Below are positions 12,870 through 24,971 of a stretch of DNA of 28,196 nucleotides, one piece after another. Positions within the stretch are counted from its first letter, which is position 1. Each line of letters starts with the position of its first letter. Under the pieces are notes generated by a model. It saw only the letters and a program-made list of their open reading frames with translations, did not search any database and had not been told where the DNA came from. Made by a program: the position numbers and the translations under genes. This stretch comes from Octopus sinensis (lineage: Eukaryota). Location of the stretch: NCBI RefSeq assembly GCF_006345805.1, contig NW_021827507.1, forward strand, positions 1-28,196. The letters run 5' to 3'.

Positions 12870-13200
12870 GGAGGCGCAATGGCCCAGTGGTTAGGGCAGC
12901 GGACTCGCGGTCGGAGGATCGCGGTTTCGATTCCCAGACCGGGCGTTGTGTTTGTTTATTGAGTGGAAACACGTAATGCTCCACGAGGCTCCGGCAGGGG
13001 GGGGGGTGGCGACCCCTGTTGTACTCTTTCGCCCCAACTTTCTCTCACTCTTTCTTCCTGTTTCTTTCTTCGACTTCCTACGCAACCGCTGAGCCTGGAT
13101 GCGCATCCATCCGTCGATGCTCTCGATGTCGGGAGTTGACCTGCTTTCTCTTCTGCAGGTCTTACGAATAGCAAAGGACCACGTTTCGGACTTCTCCCAT
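12870..13200 (+). mobile_element. tRNA(Arg)-derived SINE (possibly octopus OR-type)
   Basis: Head GGAGGCGCAATGGCCCAGTGGTTAGGGCAGCGGACTCGCGGTCGGAGGATCGCGGTTTCGATTCCC: A box TGGCCCAGTGG (12880-12890), TCG anticodon-like loop, B box GGTTTCGATTCCC (12923-12935); non-tRNA body follows; 3' end approximate. Confidence 0.75.
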
Positions 13201-13411
13201 CTTGCAAGCTCTGGGACGAAGTGAATGACTTAAAAAATAAGGATCTGAAAAGCAAGGGTGTCATGGAATCAGGTGTTTTGTGCCTTAGTGAGGAGAAGGA
13301 AAAAACCTTCGAAAGACGAACAATTGTTTATAAATGTGCTTCTCGCAAGGAGAGGAAACTTAAATTTCCTATTCCGGCAGAGACTAATCAATGGTCGGCT
13401 GAAGGTTATGG

Positions 13412-13508
13412 ATAGAAGACATTTGCCTAAAGTGCCATGCGATGGAACTGATTCCGAATCCTCGTGGTTCCAAAGCGACCATCTTAACCACACAGTCATG
13501 ATTGCACC
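13412..13508 (-). mobile_element. Decayed head fragment of the 21016-type SINE
   Basis: AGAAGACATTTGCCTAAAGTGCCATGC...GGAACTGA..CC...TTAACCACACAGTCAT corresponds to the reverse complement of ~21016-21110. Confidence 0.6.
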
Positions 13509-13800
13509 TTAGCCTGTTCTCTTTATAATTTTTTTTCTTTGCTTGCATTATGACATTTAGCAGAATTCTTCGATGGATTTATCTGTATCGTCAGTCGTTG
13601 TGATCGACTGATTTTTATCATAAGGTACCTCGAAAACGGAAATAACTATTATTGATAGGTTCTAGAAATGAAGTTGTTCTTGATGGAATGAAAACCATTT
13701 CAATAGAGACATACTGTAGGTGTCGATCGAAATTAGGAATATGGGCAGGAGCGTCTTTAAAAGTAAAACTGCGTTGGGCTTAATATTATTATTCTCACCG

Positions 13801-14200
13801 AAAGGCGGCGAGTTAGCAGAAACGTTAGCACGCCGGGCGATATGCTTAGCGGTATTTTGTCTGCCGCTACGTTCTGAGTTCAAATTCCGCTGAGGTCGAC
13901 TTTGCCTTTCATCCTTTCGGGGTCAATAAATTAAGTACCAGTTACGCAGTGGGGTCAATGTTATCGATTTAATCCGTTTGTCTGTCCTTGTTTGTCCCCT
14001 CTGTGTTTAGCCCCTTGTGGGCAATAAAGAAATAGGTATTTTGTCTGGATTTACGGTCCGAGTTCAAATTCCACCGTGGTCGACTTTGCCTTTCACCCTT
14101 TCGGGGTCGATAAATTAAGTACCAGTTCTGCACTGGAGTTGATCTAATCGACTGGCCACCTCCCAAAAAATTTCGGGCCTTGTGCCTAGAGTAGAAAAGA
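13801..14200 (+). mobile_element. Composite/dimeric SINE with conserved central domain (Meta/MESC-like) and two different tails
   Basis: Head GGCGGCGAGTTAGCAGAAACG...GAGTTCAAATTCC (B box); domain GTCGACTTTGCCTTTCATCCTTTCGGGGTC..TAAATTAAGTACCAG present twice; tail A ends AATAAAGAAAT (~14033), tail B ends AGTAGAAAAGA; flanked by ATTATTATTCTCACCG (13785-13800) / ATTATTCTTCTCACCG (14200-14215). Confidence 0.85.
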
Positions 14201-15336
14201 TTATTCTTCTCACCGTAACATTTGAGAGACGAGGCAGATATGCTCAATGAATTAGACACTAGAAAAAAAATCTTATATAACACGACCTCGACCGTTTCTG
14301 AGAGGTTTCCATGCAACAGACAGACAAGATTTGCAAACTCCTGCAATTGTTCTTTGAGTATCAGAATGATAAAGATGCAATAACTTAAATTTCATTTCCT
14401 CAGTGACATTTTCCTCCTGACATCAATATAAGAAAACATTTTACTGCTTTTTACTTTCGTGTCTCTTACTTTCCTTTTCCTATAAAATGTTAAGCTTAAC
14501 CGTCTCCACAATCATTCATAGTTCTATGGCTGCAATAATAGAATTTTATGGTCATTCCCGTAATGATGTTAATGATCTACAAAAAAAATTTATAGTTTCT
14601 GTTTCTACAATACTTTTTCGGTGTTCCTTGTATGTACGGTTTTCGATTCTTGCTATTTAAAGAGATATTTCATGAAATATATGAAAACAGTAAGAAAACC
14701 TAAAAAAAATTGTCGTTTGTAAAAAGTGTCAGTGAGGGTCTTCTATTTCACGCTTTATAAAAAGAAGTATTTTTCAAAGCTGTGTCATAAAACCGCTTTC
14801 TGCCCTTAACGGTACAGAAATATTAAACGAATACGAGTTGCGTCCAAAAGGTATCTGACTTAATTTTCTTCCCGCCAAAACTAATGCCGTATGAGCAAAA
14901 TCCTTTAAACAGGAGGTGAAGCCACACTTCCTGCGCATGCAGGAAGCATAGAAGTACAGCGTGCACTCGTTGGGTTTTCGTTTTCATCGAACGAATCAAG
15001 TTACCTGTTATATCTGCTTCCCGCGCTCACATGGTTAATTTATTTACATTAAGAACCAAAATAACCACTTTCAAAAATACCTCGAGATTATCTTTTGAGA
15101 AACTCCGATGCAGCCCCATGTTCAGCACTTGATTATATTTCCTTGATATCTGAATAAAATAGAGATTAAACCGTTTCAATTAACTTTCAAAATACACTCC
15201 AAAAATAACAAATCCTAAAGTAACTTCTTCGGCGCCTTGCTCTTTCGACAGTTGAACTGAATTCATAGCCCTTCGCAAAGTATAGGTTTGAAATAGCAGC
15301 GAGTGACGAAGAATGAAACTGAAGATTATGATCGAT

Positions 15337-16390
<1,054 letters not shown>

Positions 16391-16451
16391 AGGGAAGAGG
16401 AACGAAGAGAGGGAGGAAAGGGGGTGAAAAGGGTTGGAGAGGGCAGGAAGA

Positions 16452-16895
<444 letters not shown>

Positions 16896-16953
16896 GAGAC
16901 AACTAAGCCAAGGGTCTGTGGAATTTTCAGGACATTTAAAAAGAGAATGTTTA

Positions 16954-17001
16954 GTCTTACAGCCTTTTTGGGGATATTAGGGATATCCCTTCATCAGAGA
17001 C
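16954..17001 (-). ncRNA. Degenerate type I hammerhead (solo PLE-end remnant)
   Basis: Minus strand GTCT-CTGATGA-A-GGGATAT-CCCTA-ATATCCC-C-AAAAAGGCTGTA-AGAC: stem I GTCT/AGAC, perfect core, 7-bp stem II, GTA triplet; GAAA and stem III decayed (inferred ancestor GAAACAGCTGTA). Confidence 0.55.
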
Positions 17002-17162
17002 GACTGAGATGGTTAAATAGAGGAAAATATTAGAATTCAATATATGGAGTTGTTTGGAAAAGGAAGGAAATAAGGAGTATATAGGGAAATAGAAGATTGA
17101 ATGTAGAAATTATAATAAAAAATATATAAATATAAATATATATACATACATACATATATATA

Positions 17163-17212
<50 letters not shown>

Positions 17213-17364
17213 ATATAACAAAGAAAATGCGATACAATAAAATTAATTATAATCGCCGGTGTACCAGTACACGCCATATATTATACATATATCATTACAT
17301 TCAAGGCGAAGAGTGCACTAGATACACATATATATATATATATATGCTTATATATATACATATA

Positions 17365-17441
<77 letters not shown>

Positions 17442-17700
17442 TATATATAAAGTTAATACAAACAAGAAAACACAGAAAAAAGAGAAAAAAAAACACAGCA
17501 ACGCAGGACGTGGAACAATTAAAGTATTATTGACGCTCAGGAAAGAATATATATATATATATATATTATATAATATATATAATATATATATATAATATAA
17601 TATGTAGGTCCCGGGTTGATTCGGGGTTAACCACAGTAAATAAGGTACTCAATACATAGCAGAGTAAAATTAATTTATTATATAGAAGGAGCTTCTACAG

Positions 17701-18625
17701 CTTGATGTCACCCTCGACTTAAAAACCTCACTTTATTACCCGTACCACAAACCGAATGAATCCCTTAAATATATAGATATTAATTCAAACCACCCCAAAA
17801 ATATATTAGATAACCTAGTAAAAAGTGTCTCAATTAGAATTTCTAGCCTGTCCGCCACGGAAGATATCTTTAAGGCCGCAGCCCCCTATTACAACGAGGC
17901 CCTGGCCCGTAGTGGCTTCAAAGATAATATTACCTATACTAGTATAGCTCCCACGCCCACCAGGAAAAATAGACGAAGACACATTAGCTGGTACAACCCC
18001 CCCTTCAACCGTGAGGTCGCTACACCTGTAGCTAAAAATCTCTTCACTCCCTACAGAACACTTCCCCACCCAACATAAGTACTACCACTATCCTAAATAA
18101 GAACACTATTAGACTCTCCTACTCTACCACGCCCAATCTAGCCAGGACCTAGCCAACAACAATGTGAAAAAACTTAACATACCTACTTTTCTCGAGGCGC
18201 ATCCAACGTCCGATAGCAATTGCAACTGCCCTGATAAAACTACCTGCCCCCTCAACAACAACTGCCTACAGAGGGACCTAGTATATACATGGAGGTAAGA
18301 TCAGGCCCTGACGATAAAAGAAAATCCTACATAGGAATGACGTCCAAACAGCTTTAAGACGTTGGTACGCACACACACACTCGTTCCGGCGACAGGATAA
18401 TCCAACCAAACTACCCTCGCCGCCCACATCTGGTACCTTAAAAGGAATTCCATCCCCTTCAAGACCAAGTGGAAACTACTACAGAAGGCGCGCTCGTACA
18501 CAGGAGGCCATACCTGCTGTGACCTCTGCATATCGGAGAGCCTAGAGATCTTGTTCGCCAAAGGCCCTCTCCTTAACAAAATCTCAGAACACTCCCAAAT
18601 TGTATGCATAAGAAGTTGCGAACTA
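17701..18625 (+). pseudogene. Disrupted PLE RT C-terminus + GIY-YIG endonuclease
   Basis: LDVTLDLKTSLYYPYHKPNESLKYIDINSNHPKNILDNLVKSVSIRISSLSATEDIFKAAAPYYNEALARSGFKDNITY...RRRHISWYNPPFNREV; CNCPDKTTCPLNNNCLQRDLVY; YIGMT; TTLAAHIWYLKRNSIPFKTKWKLLQKARSYTGGHTCCDLCISE; several frameshifts. Same architecture as 15-772. Confidence 0.9.
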
Positions 18626-18739
18626 CAAGAACTATAGACCATACCGGCAACCAGATTGATGACACCCCACCCCAAAACCCCCCCAATCCCACCGTCCCCC
18701 TAGCACCCCCGATTACCTTTTCTCCTAAGACCTTTCACA

Positions 18740-18865
18740 TATTGTATGTGCACGCTTGTAGATGTGTATCGTATATATGTATAGAAATGTATGGGTATAG
18801 TAGGTTATACGCATGTATTATGTTGTGTGTGTCGTGGTTATGTATGTAAAAAATATATATGTGTG

Positions 18866-18899
<34 letters not shown>

Positions 18900-19151
18900 T
18901 GTGTGTATGTATATGTATATATATATATATGTATGTGCGTGTGTTGTGTGTGTGTGTGTGTATATATATGTATAGATGTATGTATGTATATATGTATATT
19001 TGTGTGTATGCATATGTATGTGTATATGTATGTGTGTATGTATATATATGTGTGTAAGTGTGTGTATATATTAAATGTAGTGTGTGTGCTTGTATGAGAA
19101 TGTATGTATGTTGCACACATGTATATATATGTGTGTGTATGTGTGTGTGTA

Positions 19152-19185
<34 letters not shown>

Positions 19186-19456
19186 ATATATATGTATACA
19201 TATATATATATATGTGTATATATATGTGTATGTCTATATATGTGTATGTGAGTGTGTGTGTATACATGTGTGTATGTGTATGTAATGTATGTATATATAT
19301 GCGTGGTGCATGGTATATGTATATGTACATATGCGCGTACGCTCGTGTGTTTATGTATGTGTAGGTACGTAGAGTTATCTATGTGTGTATTTATATGTAC
19401 ATGTGTAAGTATGTGTATATATATGTATGTATGTTGTATATGTATGTGTATGCGTG

Positions 19457-19513
<57 letters not shown>

Positions 19514-19596
19514 ATGTGTATATGTAGGTGTATGTGTGTATGTATATATTATATATATATGTGTGTGTATGTATGTATGTGTATATAGTTATATAT

Positions 19597-19649
<53 letters not shown>

Positions 19650-20524
19650 TCTATGTGTGTAGTTTATTATATGTTGTATCCGTCTATATAATAGGTAACT
19701 GCACGTACATATACTTAATATTTATTTTTTGAGTATGCATGTATGAATAACTGCGCGTATATATATTTACTATTTACTTATTTTTTGAGTATGCATGTTA
19801 GTATGAATATATATAGTAAATATATGTGTATATATATATATATATATAATATATATATGTATGTATATATGTACTTGTATGTATTTGTATGTAGGTGTAC
19901 ATGTATGTATGTGTGTTATTTATACTTATGGGTGTATATGTATAGAACTAGCCTTCGAAGAGTGTAGACATGAATCTTAGGTACGCGTATAATATATAAT
20001 AATAATATATATATATGTATATATATATATATGTACATGTATGTATTTGTTATGTAGGTGTACATGTATGTGTGTGTATTTATATTTATTGGTGTATATG
20101 TATAGACTAGCCTTCTACGAGTGTAGACATGAATCTGTAGGTACGCGTACGTATGTGTATATACGTGAATGTATGTAGATGTATGTATGTATGAATATAA
20201 CGCGTGCGTGCGTGTATGCGTATGATGTACGAATGAGTGAGTGTACGTGCTAAAGAGTGTGCGTGAGTGAATGAGTAATTGTTTTCCAGTAGACGGATAA
20301 ATGGTCTGGCTGTCATAGCCAAGATGTTTGTGACCAAGCGGCCAAAGATAACAAAAGTAATAAACGAAGATAATAAAATTAAAATTAGGGAATGGGTCTG
20401 TATTTACATACACATATATATGTGTATGTGTAGATATGTATATGTATGTGTGATTGTATATATATGTGTGTATGTGTATAGGTATAAGTGAGAATCTCCT
20501 TATTTACCTAAAATCTATTCCCCC

Positions 20525-20579
<55 letters not shown>

Positions 20580-20770
20580 TTTTTTTATTTTTTTATTTTT
20601 ATTTTTATTTTTATTTTTATTTTTTATTTTTGTATATTTTTTATTTTCTATTTTTTATTTTTTTATTTTTTATTTTTATTTTTTAATTTTATATTTTATT
20701 TTTTATTTTTTATTTTTATTTTTATTTTTTATTTTTATTTTTTTATTTTTATTTTTTATTTTTTATTTAT
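18740..20770. repeat. Long (TG/TA)n low-complexity tract with local duplications, ending in (TTTTTA)n
   Basis: ~160-bp-period duplication 19870-19989 / 20031-20149; T-rich array 20579-20770. Confidence 0.9.
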
Positions 20771-20911
20771 TCTCCTATCTAATTTAACACTGACTCCTTG
20801 ACCACTCCCCCAAGTATGATTTTTTGCGCTATGCCTACCCCAAAAAAGTCCCCCACCTACACCCCTTTAAACCTGCCTAAATGTATAATGCCAATACAAT
20901 TCTTGTTAACT

Positions 20912-20956
20912 AGCTTCCTGAAGATTTCTCTTGAATGAAACAGTCCTGTAGAAGCT
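20912..20956 (+). ncRNA. Type I hammerhead ribozyme at PLE 3' end
   Basis: AGCTTC-CTGAAGA-TTTCTCTTGAAT-GAA-ACAG-TC-CTGT-A-GAAGCT: 6-bp stem I, intact core, weak stem II (TTC/GAA with T.T first pair), stem III ACAG/CTGT, cleavage predicted after A20950. Confidence 0.8.
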
Positions 20957-21015
20957 CCTTCTATATAATAAATAAAAAATATATATATATATATATAATT
21001 ATATATATATATATA

Positions 21016-21439
21016 GGCGCAGGAGTGGCTGTGTGATAAGTAGCTTGCTACGACCACATGGTTCTGGGTTCAGTCCCACTCTGTGGAACCTTGGGCAAGT
21101 GTCTTCTACTATAGCTTCGGGCCGACCAAATCCTTGTGAGTGGATTTGGTATACGGAAACTGAAAGAAGCCCGTCGTATATATGTATGTATATATATGTA
21201 TGTGTGTGTGTGTGTGTGTATATGTTTGTTCGTCTGTGTTTGTTCCCCCCATCCAACATCGCTTGACAACCGATGCTGGTGTGTTTACGTCCCCGTTACT
21301 TAGCGGTTCGGCAAAAGAGTCCTATAGAATAAGTAGTAGGCTTATAAAGAATAAGTTCTGGGGTGGATTTGCTCGACTAAAGGCGATGCTCCAGCATGGC
21401 CACAGTCAAATGACTAAAACAAGTAAAAGAGTAAAGAGT
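21016..21439 (+). mobile_element. Full-length tRNA-derived SINE with CORE-like segment and internal (TA)/(TG) repeat
   Basis: A box TGGCTGTGTGA (21026-21036), B box GGTTCAGTCCC (21067-21077), CORE-like ACCTTGGGCAAGT, tail GTAAAAGAGTAAAGAG; flanked by (TA)n; three other copies/fragments in window. Confidence 0.9.
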
Positions 21440-21469
21440 ATATATATATATATATATATGTGTGTATGT

Positions 21470-21508
<39 letters not shown>

Positions 21509-21591
21509 TGTATATATATACGAGCATGAAGAGATATAGTCGAACAAATCGACCCTAGTACTTAATTTCTCATAGGCCTGTTGCTTATTCT

Positions 21592-21803
21592 TATTTCTTT
21601 ATTTCCACAAGGGGCTAAACATAGAGGGGACAAACAAGGACAGACAAAGGGATAAATCGATTGCGTAACTGGTACTTAATCTATCGACCCCGAAAGGATG
21701 AAAGGCAAAGTCGACCTCGGCGGAATTTGAACTCAGAACGTAGCGGCAGACGAAATCCCACTGAGCATTTCGCCCGGCGTGCTAACGATTCTGCCAGCTC
21801 GCC
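21592..21803 (-). mobile_element. Full-length Meta/MESC-like SINE (tail A) with 16-bp TSD, nested in an older SINE fragment
   Basis: Reverse complement matches 13803-14033; direct repeat GCCTGTTGCTTATTCT at 21576-21591 and 21804-21819; left flank TAGTCGAACAAATCGACCCTAGTACTT resembles the 21016-type SINE tail. Confidence 0.9.
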
Positions 21804-22001
21804 GCCTGTTGCTTATTCTGTACCTTCCACTCTTGAAAATAACAGTCTTCGCTATAGTTGTATATCTTTTCGATACAGATAAAAAATTTTAACAATGCAT
21901 AGAAAATGGAGAAGGTGTATACAAAATAAGCAAATATATTTATTATATATTCATTATAGGACAAGAATGTATGATAAAAATTTTTGCTTTGACAAACTCT
22001 G

Positions 22002-22093
22002 GCCCTGACGAAGGTTTTTGCATTTTAAAATTCCTAATGCAATTTAATTGCATAATATGGATTTAAGTAATTAAAACCGAAACGCGCATAGGC
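22002..22093 (+). ncRNA. Type I hammerhead ribozyme with long stem II (solo PLE-type end)
   Basis: GCC-CTGACGA-A-GGTTTT...AAAACC-GAA-ACGCGCAT-A-GGC; stem II capped by the inverted repeat ATGCAATT-T-AATTGCAT (22037-22053); stem III one G>A change from palindrome ACGCGCGT; ~60-nt tail then (TA)n at 22154. Confidence 0.75.
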
Positions 22094-22459
22094 AGCGTGA
22101 ATTGACTATTATCATAAGAAATGTATTGATTATTCTGCGTACACATTCTCCATTATATATATATATATATATATCCGTAATAATGAAGGGTGAAATTAAT
22201 TAATTTGGAATAATTATCATTACACCAAGTAGTCTTCGGCATGAAAAGCCTCATTCGAGGAAATTTAAGTAATACTAAGCAATAAGGTTTTAGCAACGAA
22301 TTGCCTTACCACATACCGAATTAGAAATAGCAGTCAAGGGTTATAGCTATTTCTTATACTAAAAGGGAGATCTCAGTAAAAACAGCAATTGGAGAGGCTG
22401 ACAAACAAACAGATAAGAGAGAAGAATTAACTGCAATCTATCAAACATTTTTAAAGTTA

Positions 22460-22566
22460 TCTACGGACGTACGTTTCGAAATCAAGTTTTTAGGAAAGCA
22501 TAAGAATTAAATATTAATATTAAATAATTCTATCTATACCGAAACTTCTTTTCTCTTCAGCGTAGA
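22460..22566 (-). ncRNA. Type I hammerhead ribozyme, array unit 1
   Basis: Minus strand TCTACG-CTGAAGA-GAAAAGAAGTTT...AAACTTGATTTC-GAA-ACGTACGT-C-CGTAGA: 6-bp stem I, intact core, long stem II, palindromic stem III, GTC triplet; cleavage between 22466 and 22465. Confidence 0.9.
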
Positions 22567-23054
22567 ATACTATAATCATAAATGATTATATATTGAATTT
22601 TGAGATACTAGGAGGCACCAACTCAACTCAGTATCAGAGCGAGCTAGAATCCGCAACTAGTATCACCGAATTCAAATTTGTGAATGAAACGATTGTGTCA
22701 ACAGCCCCTTCCCACCCGCGTGTAGCCAAAACAAGATGCTGTGGTCATCTACTGAGATAAAATATGGTTATCCGTAATAATGAAGGGTGAAATTAATTAA
22801 TTTGGAATAATTATCAATTACACCAAGTAGTCTTCGGCATGTAAAAGCCTCATTCGAGGAAATTTAGTAACTAAGCAAATAAGAGTTTAGCAACGAATTG
22901 CCTTACCACATACCGAATTTAGAAATAGCAGTCAAAGGGTTATAGCTATTTCTTCTACTAAAAAGGAGATCTCAGTAAAAACAGCAATTGAAGGCTGACA
23001 CAAACAGTAAGAGAGAATGAATTAACTGCAATCTATCAAACATTTTTAAAGTTA

Positions 23055-23159
23055 TCTACGGACGTACGTTTCGAAATCAGTTTTTAGGAAAGCATAAGAA
23101 TTAATATTAAATATTAAATAATTCTATCTTACCGAAACTTCTTTTCTCTTCAGCGTAGA
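23055..23159 (-). ncRNA. Type I hammerhead ribozyme, array unit 2
   Basis: Same motif, core and stems I/III intact; cleavage between 23061 and 23060. Confidence 0.9.
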
Positions 23160-23651
23160 ATACTATAATCATAATGATTATATATTGAATTTTGAGATCT
23201 AGGAGGCACCAACTCAACTCAGTATCAGAGCGAGCTAGAATCCGCAACTAGTATCACCGAATTCAAATTTGTGAATGAAACGATTGTGTCAACAGCCCCT
23301 TCCCACCCGCGTGTAGCCAAAACAAGATGCTGTGGTCATCTACTGAGATAAAATATGGTTATCCGTATAATGAAGGGTGAAATTAATTAATTTGGAATAC
23401 TTATCAATTACACCAAGTAGTCTTCGGCATGTAAAGCCTCATTCGAGAAAAATTTAAGTAATACTAAGCAATAAGGGTTTAGCAACGAATTGCCTTACCA
23501 CATACCGAATTTAGAAATAGCAGTCAAAGGGTTATAGCTATTTCTTCTACTAAAAAGGGAGATCTCAGTAAAAACAGCAATTGGAAGGCTGACACAAACA
23601 GTAAGAGAGAATGAATTAACTGCAATCTATCAAACATTTTTAAAGTTATCA

Positions 23652-23757
23652 TCTACGGACGTACGTTTCGAAATCAAGTTTTTAGGAAAGCATAAGAATT
23701 AAATATTAAATATTAAAATATCTAATCTTACCGAAACTTCTTTTCTCTTCCGTAAGA
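23652..23757 (-). ncRNA. Hammerhead of array unit 3, core damaged
   Basis: Plus strand reads TCTTC-CGTAAGA instead of TCTTCAG-CGTAGA, i.e. 2 nt missing at the start of the CTGAAGA core; 3' half intact. Confidence 0.65.
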
Positions 23758-24071
23758 ATACTATAATCATAAATGATTATATATTGAATTTTGAGATACT
23801 AGGAGGCACCACTCAACTCAATATTTAATTTTAATTTAAATTCTTATGCTTTCCTAAAAACTTGATTTCGAAACGTACGTCCGTAGATAACTTTAAAAAT
23901 GTTTGATAGATTGCAGTTAATTCATTCTCTCTTACCTGTTTGTGTCACCTTCCATTGCTGTTTTTACTGAGATCTCCTTTTTAGTAGAAGAAATAGCTAT
24001 ACCCTTTGACTGCTATTCTAAATTCGGTATGTGGTAAGGCAATTCGTTTCTAAACCCCTTATTGCTTAGTA

Positions 24072-24083
24072 TATATATAATAT

Positions 24084-24122
<39 letters not shown>

Positions 24123-24370
24123 CTATGTAATGTATGTATTATGTATATATGTATGTGTATATATATATATATGTATATATATATATACATACGTATGTAT
24201 ATATACGTATATATGTATGTATATATATATATTTATGTGTGTGTGTGTATGTATGTATGTAAGTATGTATGTATGTATGTTTGTATGTATGTATGTATGT
24301 ATGTATGTATGTATGTATGTATGTATGTATGTATGTATGTATGTATGAATGAATGTATTTATGTATATTA
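24072..24370. repeat. (TA)n/(TATG)n microsatellite block
   Basis: Directly visible. Confidence 0.95.
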
Positions 24371-24865
24371 TACAAAACAGACTTCTTGGCCTGTATTCAC
24401 TTTTCACGCGGAAACGTCTGCTCGAATTATTTCCATACTTGGGATGCATGAATAATTTGACCTTGGATACATAATAGGCTCTTCATTGTATATTTTTATT
24501 AAAAATGAATATTACAATCAACTTCCGGGATTGATGTAGCAAGTACCTAAACAATATTAATTCGTTGCCGGCGAAATTTTCCGTTGACATTTGCGAAACC
24601 TCTCAGTCTCTATTTTAATGTTTTCATTTCAAGTTTTCATTCGTTACTCGCAAACAACTACGATAACTTACTGAAAGAAATATTTGCTAAGCATGTGAGA
24701 TTTTTTTCATAAATTGAAGTTTTCAAGAAAATTTAGTTTCTGAACTTCCTCTTATTATTGAATATTTCAAGTTCACAAATTTAAATATTCGGTACAAGTT
24801 TTTTACAAGCTTTTATTTATGCGATTATTTCATTTCGTGTTTATTTCATTCATTGTTTGCAATCT

Positions 24866-24904
24866 TCTCTCTTTCTCTCCCTCTCACTCTCTCTCTCTCA
24901 CACA

Positions 24905-24971
<67 letters not shown>

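Larger units (their letters stand above)
17603..20980 (+). mobile_element. 5'-truncated Penelope-like element with inverted 5' tail copy and a 3' UTR split by ~2 kb of low-complexity DNA
   Basis: Coding remnant 17701-~18625; hammerhead 20912-20956; 17673-17700 is the exact reverse complement of 20946-20973 (28/28); both ends abut (TA)n. Confidence 0.75.
22172..24071 (-). mobile_element. Hammerhead-bearing ~595-bp tandem array with terminal inverted copy (candidate non-LTR retrozyme / non-autonomous PLE)
   Basis: Units 22172-22768, 22769-23359, 23360-23820 (partial), nearly identical; 23821-24071 is an inverted copy of ~23462-23721; (TA)n on both sides; no ORF in track; hammerhead on the minus strand of each unit. 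Confidence 0.9.

Noticed and set aside
12870-12945. tRNA-Arg(TCG) gene
   Set aside because: Acceptor and anticodon stems are imperfect and it continues into a non-tRNA body, so it is treated as a SINE head.
14832-14875. Mariner-like terminal repeat (TA-CGAGTTGCGTCCAAAAGGTATC)
   Set aside because: No matching opposite TIR or transposase remnant found.
20279-20400. Unique island in the TG/TA tract as a downstream exon
   Set aside because: Joining it in phase to the 12647-12734 candidate gives an immediate stop; weak donor; no homology recognised.
23741-23757. Biologically programmed inactivation of the third hammerhead
   Set aside because: Units differ mostly by 1-3-nt indels typical of long-read consensus error, so the 2-nt loss may be artefactual.
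22172-23820. Tandem array as CRISPR, rDNA/snRNA cluster or plain satellite
   Set aside because: No short repeat-spacer structure and no recognisable rRNA/snRNA; the per-unit hammerhead and PLE-like inversion explain it better.
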